Positions 1 through 8,306 of a DNA stretch of 64,000 nt are shown here, piece after piece (position 1 is the first letter of the stretch; every line of letters begins with the position of its first letter). The stretch covers positions 64,001 through 128,000 of the forward strand of contig JANZKC010000003.1 of NCBI GenBank assembly GCA_025061115.1. The letters are read 5' to 3'. A program made the position numbers and the translations under genes. Origin of the DNA: Candidatus Culexmicrobium cathedralense (GTDB lineage: Archaea > Thermoproteota > Methanomethylicia > Culexarchaeales > Culexmicrobiaceae). Below the pieces are notes generated by a model. That model saw nothing but the letters and a program-made list of their open reading frames with translations, was not told where the DNA came from and ran no database searches.

Positions 1-1309
1 CTTCATCAAGTGGCTTGAAGAAAATGGCATTTCAGTTAATCATGTCCCGCTAGCTGGCCATAATACTATTAGAGCTCAAGTAATGGGGCCAGATTGGAAT
101 CGCGAGCCTACCCCCAAAGAGCTGGAGGAAATGAAGTGGCATGTTCGTGAAGCAATGGAAGCTGGAGCTTTCGGATTATCTACAGGTCTTGACTATGTTC
201 CTGGAGTATTCTCAAAAACGGAGGAGATCATTGAGCTGGTGAAAGTTGTCAAGGAGTTTAATGGAATATATGCCACTCACTGGCGTAGAACAGGATTGAG
301 GCGGGAGCGAGCAATTCCAATAATTGATAAAATTAGAGGTATTCATGAAGCTATTCGGATTTGTAGGGAAACGGGCGTGGTTACGGAGATTTCTCACCTT
401 ATGTCCGGATACACGATTTACCCTGAACCTCCAATAGAGCTGGCTTTAGCAGCCGTCCGAGAAACAATCAAGGTGATCGATGAAGCTAGGAAGGAAGGGC
501 TGAAAATATATTATGACATCATTCCAAATGTCACGGGTGGAACTTTAACTAGCGTTTACTTGGCAGCCCTACTAACTCCATGGGCAAGGGAAATAGGTTC
601 CCTCGTGGGATTGGGAAGAGCATTAAAAATGAAGGATTTCCGCGAAGAATTAAAATCGTTAATATTAGCTGGAAAATGGTGGGCCTTAAATCCTAGAGTT
701 AATCCATATTGGGACAACAAAATAGAAATTGTTTCCCATGCTAATCAAGAGTATGTTGGTAAAACTATTAAGGAAATAGCCGAAATCAAAGACGTCGACA
801 GCATAGAAGCTCTATTCGACATTTTAAGCGAAGACCCCAAAGCAAAGTACAAAAATAAAGGTTATAGAACTGATGAAGAAATAGCAGAATTCATCAAATA
901 CCCTTACTGCATGATAGGCCTAGACACCTACACTTTCGATACTAAATGGAGCATGAAATTACCTCCGTACTACGTTCCACATCCAAACACTTACGGTGGA
1001 ATGCCCAGATATATTAGAAAGTATGTGCGAGAAATGAAGGTGCTACCATTAGAAGAGGCAATAAGGAGAATAACGAGTCTACCTGCAAAGGTATTCAAAA
1101 TTAAGAATAGAGGAATAATTAAAGTTGGAGCATATGCGGACATAGTTATATTCGACTATAAAACCATAAGCGATGTTGAAGATCCAATTGACCCAAGACG
1201 CTATCCAAAAGGAATACATTACGTAATAGTTAACGGAGTAATAGTAGTTGAGAAAGGCAAGCACACTGGAACAAAACCAGGAAAAGTATTAAAGCTAAAT
1301 GAACAGTAA
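1..1309 (+). CDS. N-acyl-D-amino-acid deacylase / D-aminoacylase-like amidohydrolase (5'-truncated by window edge)
   Basis: Frame is open from position 2 (FIKWLEENGISVNHVPLAGHNTIR...). Motifs GLSTGLDYVPG, YATH, ISH, HPNTYGGMPR, GAYADIVIFD and PKGIHYVIVNG are typical of D-aminoacylases. Confidence 0.85.
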   Translation, partial: FIKWLEENGISVNHVPLAGHNTIRAQVMGPDWNREPTPKELEEMKWHVREAMEAGAFGLSTGLDYVPGVFSKTEEIIELVKVVKEFNGIYATHWRRTGLRRERAIPIIDKIRGIHEAIRICRETGVVTEISHLMSGYTIYPEPPIELALAAVRETIKVIDEARKEGLKIYYDIIPNVTGGTLTSVYLAALLTPWAREIGSLVGLGRALKMKDFREELKSLILAGKWWALNPRVNPYWDNKIEIVSHANQEYVGKTIKEIAEIKDVDSIEALFDILSEDPKAKYKNKGYRTDEEIAEFIKYPYCMIGLDTYTFDTKWSMKLPPYYVPHPNTYGGMPRYIRKYVREMKVLPLEEAIRRITSLPAKVFKIKNRGIIKVGAYADIVIFDYKTISDVEDPIDPRRYPKGIHYVIVNGVIVVEKGKHTGTKPGKVLKLNEQ

Positions 1310-1405
1310 AAAAATGAAAATTTTAATTACAATTTATTTTCTCTGTTGCATTGAAATTTCTTTTACTTAAAATATCTTATTTTTTCTTGTTTAACATACG
1401 TCTTT

Positions 1406-1575
1406 TATGCAATGCTTGTGCGTGTGAAATTCCAAATTATATCTTCATCTATTGTTTTCAACAATATAGTGCCTCCCACCGTTGTTTAGTGGTATTTGAG
1501 CTTTGAAATAACTTCCTGTCTGTTAGTGAAGTTGCCTCCTTATTTTGTAATATTGGCGCTACTGTTTGTGGCATC
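1406..1575 (-). pseudogene. possible remnant of a secreted/surface glycoprotein gene
   Basis: Minus frame from 1575 reads DATNSSANITK*GGNFTNRQEVISKLKYH*TTVGGTILLKTIDEDIIWNFTRTSIA*, with four N-x-S/T sequons and two internal TAA stops. Confidence 0.3.
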
Positions 1576-1666
1576 TTTTTATTTTAAATTATAATATAAT
1601 TAATGAAATTATGTATTAGAAATATTTATAAATAAAATTTACGAAATTGTATTGGGGGCCCCACAA

Positions 1667-2929
1667 ATGTCTAGTAAAGAACTTTTGATGAAGACGAGAC
1701 CTCTGATATTTGCCGCATTGATGGTTACTATTCAAATATTTGCAGTTCAAATTGTTGCAAAAGAGTTAGATGCTATTCATCTGAGTGTAACTGTGGTTAA
1801 AGATGGGAAGATTATCCCTAATGCGAGAGTATATGTTTTCGCAATCACGCCGAACGGAACACGCTTCATAACGAGAATATTGACTGGACCAAAAGGAGTT
1901 GGAGGAGCTACTCTTTCAATTAGAGATATAATTAAGCCGATAGATGACTGGAACAAAATGGAGAAAAGAAGCTTTATATTATATCCAGGCTTGTATATAA
2001 CTGCTGTAGGTGAAGATGGAGAATACGAATACTTTGGAGCCTCGTCAGTTAAATTGCCTTTAACCTTAACGGGACCGCTATCCGTACAGAAAAAAGTTCA
2101 ATTAAAAGATAAACTTAGAGTTTCTAAAAAAATGTACTCGGCTCAAGAAAGTGGGAGAAGCATTAGTGTTGAGCAACAAGCTCCACCATGGGCGCAGCTA
2201 ATTTGGAGTGAAGAACACACGAGAAGAGAAACTGTCTTGCAAGTAACTACAGATGCGCATAGTATGGCGAGTGTGGCATACTTAATAGAAAAGAATAAAG
2301 AAGTGGCTTTTAAATGTACATATTCCATTACAAGCGAAATTGACGATGAAGTAATCGTTGAATGGAGTATAGGTGCGGAAATAAGTTGGGTAATATCGAG
2401 CACCGAAAAATACTTAACAATGGATGTGGGTCCCAATAGTGTCGGCTACGTATCTTTCATGGCAGCAGTAAACTATGAATGTTGGCGTTACGAGGAGCCT
2501 GCCGACAGCGGTCAATACTTTTTGGAGCATAGAGTTTACATAATGTATTATTGGCCAGATACGCTTGACAAAATTAAAGGAGATGATGAGATAACTGGAA
2601 AACAAGAACTTCTTAAATCAAAATCTGGACAAGGATGGGATCAATCCGTATATACGGTCTATTTCCACTACGCGACAAGTTACAGTTTTGCAATTCCTGT
2701 AGGAACAATTGTTAAATTGTTGGCTTCCCCCTATCTTCCAGCAGCACTAGAAGTACCCATAGATGTAGAACTCGTACTAAAAGATACAACTGCAATAAAT
2801 GCGGATGCTAGAATTTTTGCTGAAGAAGGGTACATCGTCGACATTTATCTCATTGAAGTCTGGCGCACGCTAAATGCATACTACCACATTCCAGCATGGG
2901 CATTAATACTAACAACAAGAACTGGTTGA
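1667..2929 (+). CDS. secreted beta-rich hypothetical protein
   Basis: Long ORF (track start 1652 TTG; ATG at 1667). Basic plus hydrophobic N-terminal signal (KTRPLIFAALMVTIQIFAVQIVA), then a transthyretin/Ig-like segment (VTVVKDGKIIPNARVYVF). TATA-like TTTATAAA near 1625. Confidence 0.7.
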   Translation: MSSKELLMKTRPLIFAALMVTIQIFAVQIVAKELDAIHLSVTVVKDGKIIPNARVYVFAITPNGTRFITRILTGPKGVGGATLSIRDIIKPIDDWNKMEKRSFILYPGLYITAVGEDGEYEYFGASSVKLPLTLTGPLSVQKKVQLKDKLRVSKKMYSAQESGRSISVEQQAPPWAQLIWSEEHTRRETVLQVTTDAHSMASVAYLIEKNKEVAFKCTYSITSEIDDEVIVEWSIGAEISWVISSTEKYLTMDVGPNSVGYVSFMAAVNYECWRYEEPADSGQYFLEHRVYIMYYWPDTLDKIKGDDEITGKQELLKSKSGQGWDQSVYTVYFHYATSYSFAIPVGTIVKLLASPYLPAALEVPIDVELVLKDTTAINADARIFAEEGYIVDIYLIEVWRTLNAYYHIPAWALILTTRTG

Positions 2930-3560
2930 GACCTTAATCTTATAATATTATTGAGCTGTCTGCTTTCGCATTTTAGATTCTATTTAAATACCAATGCCGC
3001 GAAATACTATGTGATCTTTGTAAAAGTGAAGTCTTGGTTGTCCTTGCTTCAATGAGGTTGGCTGCACCTTTTCATAAGAAAGTTAGTTGCATAGCTCAAG
3101 TCAACTTTTAGAATTTAAGGGAGTTATTTTAGTTTGAGAGCTGGTTGAGGATATTCAAAATTGGAATCACAATGCGTTGTAAAGCTTATCTTATTCACAG
3201 CGAAATAGAATCGCTTGACATCTTTACCTTATGTTACTCTAAGACGCAGGTATCCTTATAGGATTGAATTTTGCTGAATGATAGTGGACATGCTTGTCGA
3301 TTTTTCTATTTAGACCTATAGCTCTAAGAATGAATGTATTGCTTGCTTTCCTCTATTTCCTCTTTAAACCCTAACTGTGAAGGAAAAATCTAAAGCTTCT
3401 TAATAGAGGAAAGATGGAAATTTACCTACATTTCTCTGCCTCCCTTTTCTGCTGTTTATTGATTCACTCTATGCATCGCTTAATTCTGTCAAGATGTTTC
3501 TATTCGAATTCGTCGGAGCCGATAAGCATAATTTTAATGAGTTTTCTGAAATAAACTTGA

Positions 3561-3923
3561 AACGCTATTTTACAGCTACTTACAAATGCTTTATCTGGAT
3601 TAAGTGATGCTTTGCAGGAGTTGAAGGATATGGGTAGTAAGTTGGAAAATGCTATGAGTAAAATTTCAGTATTGGAGGGAAATTTAAGCAGTGTTCAAAT
3701 TGAATTGGAGGATATTTTAGATCGAGTATGTAAACTTGAGATAATTGCAACTTCCCCCCATATAGCTGATGGTAATGAGTTATGCAATGTCTACGTGAAA
3801 GCTTATAATGTTAAGGGTCAACCTGTTTCAAATGCTGTAATTGCTTTATTGAGTAGGACTCGTGATTCAAGCCGCATTATATTTAGTTATTTTCATGGCG
3901 TTGGGGAGTGCATTTTCCGTTAG
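3561..3923 (+). pseudogene. fragment of a coiled-coil + Ig-like (invasin/Big-type) surface protein
   Basis: Frame is open back to about 3561 (NAILQLLTNALSGLSDALQELKD...) with no good start or RBS. Heptad coiled coil followed by ADGNELCNVYVKAYNVKGQPVSNAVIAL, resembling a Big_1-type repeat. Ends at the convergent gene; about 600 bp of upstream sequence has no ORF. Confidence 0.4.
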
Positions 3924-5029
3924 ATTGGACATAAAATAATGCCTCTACTGAAAAGGCAGTCAGCGCAGCTTGGCGCATTTCCCCAGCAATCTAGTTCGTT
4001 GGTTGATGTGAAATGGCATATTTCATGGAACTTGCAGTCAGTGCATGATGGGTATTTGAAGAATCTGACTCTAAATCTAAATTGAACATATCTTTGCTTC
4101 CGCCAAATAGTGCTTAGTGATTCCCTAGTTGCATTTCCAAAAATTACCTGTTTGATTGTTTTTTCAACGTTGTAAATGTAGCATTTGTAAGTGTGGAGGA
4201 AGTTGAAGCATGGTGATACTAGCCCATTCCAAGTTACGCATGAAGCCATGTTTAATACGAATGGGCAGCTTCTCTCTGTTTTGAGAGTGAATTCAGGAAT
4301 TTTTAATCCTACATTTGCTTCTAAACTTTTGATTGAAGCTTTTTCAATAAGTCTCTCAACTTCCTCCTTTTTTTCTCCATATAATTTCTCGCAGTTGAAC
4401 TCCTTTTTAACTGGAATTACATTTGTAATTGTTATCATGTTTACTCCATGACTTGCAGCTAATTCTATGAGGGGAATGAGCTCATTCATGTTTCTTCTCA
4501 TTAACGTGAAGGAGAATTCGATTTTTGGGTAGATTTTTCCCATCTTCTTTTTGGCTTCATGCATGAACTTTAGTGTTCTTAGCAATTCATTTATGTCTCC
4601 ACCTCTAATTTCCTCGTATATTCCCTGCGTTGATGCATCAATTGAAATTACGAGTCTATCTAAGCCAATGTTAATGAGCTTCAGAGCTTTATCCTCGTCG
4701 AGCAGCAGTCCATTACTATTTATTCCTAGCTTTAACCCTTCTTCCTTAATCATTTCTGCAAATTCTATAGCTTTTTTGTGAATTAACGGTTCTCCCCATC
4801 CGCCTAGCCAGAGGAATTCGCCTCCAGCCTCCTTGAATTCTAGGAGGATTTTCTTGAATAGCTTTTCGCTTATATCTCCAAGTTCTTCCGTCCAAGATTG
4901 CCTAAAACACATTGGGCAATTCAAGTTGCACCTAGTTGTTAACTCCACTATCGCTTTCCTAGGTCCAGGAGATGGATTGGCTATTACTGTGCCTTCCTCA
5001 AATTTCTCCAATACTTGATTTGCAATCAT
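3920..5029 (-). CDS. radical SAM/SPASM protein, tungsten-oxidoreductase maturase type
   Basis: CNLNCPMC radical-SAM motif, GWGEP, Cys-rich SPASM C-terminus (PSCTDCKFHEIC...CWGNAPSCADCLFSRGIILCP). Divergent from an AOR gene. Confidence 0.85.
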   Translation of the reverse strand: MIANQVLEKFEEGTVIANPSPGPRKAIVELTTRCNLNCPMCFRQSWTEELGDISEKLFKKILLEFKEAGGEFLWLGGWGEPLIHKKAIEFAEMIKEEGLKLGINSNGLLLDEDKALKLINIGLDRLVISIDASTQGIYEEIRGGDINELLRTLKFMHEAKKKMGKIYPKIEFSFTLMRRNMNELIPLIELAASHGVNMITITNVIPVKKEFNCEKLYGEKKEEVERLIEKASIKSLEANVGLKIPEFTLKTERSCPFVLNMASCVTWNGLVSPCFNFLHTYKCYIYNVEKTIKQVIFGNATRESLSTIWRKQRYVQFRFRVRFFKYPSCTDCKFHEICHFTSTNELDCWGNAPSCADCLFSRGIILCPI

Positions 5030-5163
5030 CTCAGCTAAATAATATATTTGACCTTGAAGTTAAACTTTGTTAATGGCAATCATTTGTAAATCTTGTCATA
5101 CATTAATAAAAGATAAATATGCCTTGCGATATTAATTATTTTTAGACATTCCATTAATTTTGG

Positions 5164-7029
5164 GTGGCTAAATTGCCCGGAGGATATATGGGAAAAATTT
5201 TGAGAGTAAATTTAACTGAGGGCACGCTAAGAGACGAAATGCTGTCAGAAGATGTTCTAAAAATGTGGCTTGGAGGTAGAGGGCTAGGCGTCTACTTAAT
5301 GTTAAAGGAGGTTGATCCTAGGGTAGACCCGTTGAGTCCAGAAAATAAGTTGATTATCCTAACTGGCCCATTAACTGGAACTGCCGCTCCGGAGAGCGGC
5401 AGGTGGTGCTCAGTAACTAAGGCTCCGCTAACCGGCACCATTCACGACTCACACTCAGGAGGGAAGTGGGGTCCTGAACTTAAATTTGCTGGTTATGATG
5501 GAATCATTATTGAGGGTGCATCCGAAAAGCCAGTTTACTTGTGGATTCACAATGGTAAAGCCGAACTTCGCGATGCAAAACACCTTTGGGGCAAAGACAC
5601 TCATGCGACAACTGACATTTTAATTGAAGAGCTTGGAGACAAGAACATCAAAGTTATGTGCATAGGGCCTGCAGGAGAAAATCTAGTGAAATTCGCCTGC
5701 CTAATCAACGATAAAGGTAGAGCTGCAGGAAGAGGCGGCCATGGCGCAGTTATGGGAAGCAAGAAGCTTAAAGCAATTGCAGTGCGAGGAACAATGAAAC
5801 CTAAAATTGCCAATGAAAGCAGATTTAGGGAAGCTGTGAAGCTAAATGTTGACAAAATAAAGAAGCACCCGGTCACTGGAGAGGCTTTGCCAAAGTATGG
5901 AACTGCCGTGCTAGTCAACATTATCAATAAGCATGGAATCCTGCCAACAAGGAACTTCCAAACTGGAGTTCACCCAACAGCAGATAAGTATAGTGGCGAG
6001 ACAATTGCTGAGAAGACTCTCATTAGGCGTGTCCCCTGCTGGGGCTGCATAATTGCATGTGGAAGATACACTAAGATTTCAGATGCAGCTCCATTCCAAG
6101 GGGAGGGGGACGGTCCAGAGTATGAGACGGTCTGGGCTTTTGGAGCTCAAACTGGAACTGATGACTTGGCTGCAATATCAAAGGCTAACTTTCTCTGCAA
6201 TGAGCTTGGCTTAGATACAATTTCAATGGGTCACGTCATAGGAACTCTTATGGAGCTTTACGAGAAGGGCAAGGTTCCAATTGAAAAGCTAAGAGGTTTA
6301 GAGCCAAAGTGGGGTAATCGAGCTGCAATAGTTGAGCTAACATGGAGAACTGCTTACAGGTCTGGAATAGGCGACGACTTAGCTGAAGGGGCGAAGAAGC
6401 TAGCTGAAAAGTATGGCGCACCTGAACTAGCTATGGTAGTTAGAGGTCAAGAACTTCCAGCTTACGATCCAAGAGGAGTTCAAGGACACGGGCTAGGATA
6501 CGCAACTTCAAATAGAGGCGGATGCCACTTAAGGTCATACATGATAGCTCCAGAAGTTCTAGGAGTTCCACAGCTAGTTGATAGATTTACAACTAATGGT
6601 AAAGCTGAGCTAGTAAAGACATTTCAAGATGGATTTGCAGTTATCGATAGCCTAGTACTATGCAAGTTCAATACCTTTGCAACATGGGTTGAAGACTGGG
6701 TTGGCATGGTGGCTGGAGCAACTGGCTGGAACATAACGTTGGAAGAGCTAACGAAGATTGGTGAGAGAATTTACAACGCTGAAAGAGTATTTAATATTCT
6801 TGCGTTTGGAGATGGAAGGGCATACGATACGCTGCCCAGGAGACTGCTTGTTGAGCCAATGCCTGAGGGCCCGGCTAGAGGCCATACAGTTAAACTTGAT
6901 GAAATGCTTGAAGAGTACTATAACCTTCGAGGATGGGTTGATGGTAGACCGACTAGGGAAAAGCTGGAGGAGCTAGGTTTAAAGGAATTTGCAGACAAGC
7001 TTGAAGAGAAAGGGCTTCTACCAAAATAA
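5164..7029 (+). CDS. aor: tungsten-containing aldehyde:ferredoxin oxidoreductase
   Basis: GGRGLG, RAAGRGGHGAVMGSKKLKAI, CWGCIIAC, PEYET, GLDTIS, AYDPRG, RGGCH and LVLCKF motifs. Confidence 0.93.
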   Translation: MAKLPGGYMGKILRVNLTEGTLRDEMLSEDVLKMWLGGRGLGVYLMLKEVDPRVDPLSPENKLIILTGPLTGTAAPESGRWCSVTKAPLTGTIHDSHSGGKWGPELKFAGYDGIIIEGASEKPVYLWIHNGKAELRDAKHLWGKDTHATTDILIEELGDKNIKVMCIGPAGENLVKFACLINDKGRAAGRGGHGAVMGSKKLKAIAVRGTMKPKIANESRFREAVKLNVDKIKKHPVTGEALPKYGTAVLVNIINKHGILPTRNFQTGVHPTADKYSGETIAEKTLIRRVPCWGCIIACGRYTKISDAAPFQGEGDGPEYETVWAFGAQTGTDDLAAISKANFLCNELGLDTISMGHVIGTLMELYEKGKVPIEKLRGLEPKWGNRAAIVELTWRTAYRSGIGDDLAEGAKKLAEKYGAPELAMVVRGQELPAYDPRGVQGHGLGYATSNRGGCHLRSYMIAPEVLGVPQLVDRFTTNGKAELVKTFQDGFAVIDSLVLCKFNTFATWVEDWVGMVAGATGWNITLEELTKIGERIYNAERVFNILAFGDGRAYDTLPRRLLVEPMPEGPARGHTVKLDEMLEEYYNLRGWVDGRPTREKLEELGLKEFADKLEEKGLLPK

Positions 7030-7066
7030 TTAAATTTTAAAGCATCCTCCTCCATTTTTATCATGT

Positions 7067-7336
7067 ATGAGAGTTACAGTAGAATTCTACGCAACTCTGA
7101 GAGAGAAGTTTGGAAGGAAAGTAGAGCTAGAATTAAACTTCGATAATCCGGCTCCCCTAATAACCGTGCTTTCACAAATAGATGGGTTACTTGAAGAAAT
7201 TGCTGAGAATGGCAGAATAAAGACAATGTATAAAGTTCTACTTAATGGATTGAACGTAGAGTTTATTAAGGGGCTGGATACGCCCGTAAAGGATGGAGAT
7301 GAAATATGCATTTTCCCTCCAGCTGGAGGAGGATAA
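7067..7336 (+). CDS. moaD: MoaD/SAMP ubiquitin-like sulfur carrier
   Basis: 89 aa beta-grasp pattern (FYATLRE...DGDEICIFPPAGGG), C-terminal GG, directly after aor. Confidence 0.88.
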   Translation: MRVTVEFYATLREKFGRKVELELNFDNPAPLITVLSQIDGLLEEIAENGRIKTMYKVLLNGLNVEFIKGLDTPVKDGDEICIFPPAGGG

Positions 7337-7350
7337 TCTGGATTCGAAGC

Positions 7351-8190
7351 TCAAATTCTCATCATTTTCAGTCCAAGCTTCTCAATGATTGGAAGTAGAA
7401 AGCTTCGATGACGCTTTTTCAATCCCTTCCATTCAACCACTGCCAATTCAACTTCCCCCTCGGTTCGCATCACTGCAGCTTCAACTTCTCTCTCACTAAT
7501 TTTATCAAAGACGTATTCGGGAATGATGTGTCCAATTGCAATATCAGACCTTTGAACAAGCTTGGTGAATATGGGTGCATAATGAGGACCTCCAAATCCA
7601 ACTCCAACTCTAAATTTTGGTTCTCCTTTAATGCGATTTTCAGCAACCATCATTATTGCCTGAGCTACAGCTCTCGCAGCAATTTCATTTCTCCAGTACC
7701 TTTCGCTACTACCAAGTTCAATGAATATTGTAGGCGTCTTTTCAATGTATGGTCCATGATGCGTAACTTCCAATCCAACCCTCCAATCGCTCAGATTATG
7801 CTCTTCTGCAGCTCTCATCAATTCTAATAAGGCTATTTTTAAACTTGAGGCTGGAGCAATGCAAATCGCCCTCGGTTTTCCTCCAAATTTAGCTTCTTCC
7901 GTCCAATTTCCAGGAGCGTGGGTCAAAAGTGAGGGAATTCCACTTGCAGCAGAATGCCGAGTAGCGAAAATGAACAATTTTGCTTCAAACTCATTCTCAA
8001 TGCCTTCAGCGTAAATCGAGTCAACTTCAATATCAGCTAAGCATATTGATTCACGCATGTAAACCTTCTTTCCACCAATTTTAATTTCCTTAAAATCATA
8101 ATTTGAGAGAATTTGCCTTTTAATTGTTTGAGATGCAATGTCGACTTTTGGCGTAAAGATTATTATGTCTGCAGTTAATTTGCCTGACAT
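7351..8190 (-). CDS. dtdA: D-aminoacyl-tRNA deacylase (archaeal DTD2/GEK1 type)
   Basis: TRHSA..PSLLTHAPGNW, EVTHHGP, FIELGSSE and GFGGPHYAP motifs. Confidence 0.92.
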   Translation of the reverse strand: MSGKLTADIIIFTPKVDIASQTIKRQILSNYDFKEIKIGGKKVYMRESICLADIEVDSIYAEGIENEFEAKLFIFATRHSAASGIPSLLTHAPGNWTEEAKFGGKPRAICIAPASSLKIALLELMRAAEEHNLSDWRVGLEVTHHGPYIEKTPTIFIELGSSERYWRNEIAARAVAQAIMMVAENRIKGEPKFRVGVGFGGPHYAPIFTKLVQRSDIAIGHIIPEYVFDKISEREVEAAVMRTEGEVELAVVEWKGLKKRHRSFLLPIIEKLGLKMMRI

Positions 8191-8306
8191 TTCGGGTCGA
8201 ATACTACGCTAATCTTGGATGTATATTAGATTTCCCCTAATCATCCAAGCGTTAACATAATTTAATAACTAGGTACATTAAAACTTTAGGTGCAATGGGG
8301 ATGTAA

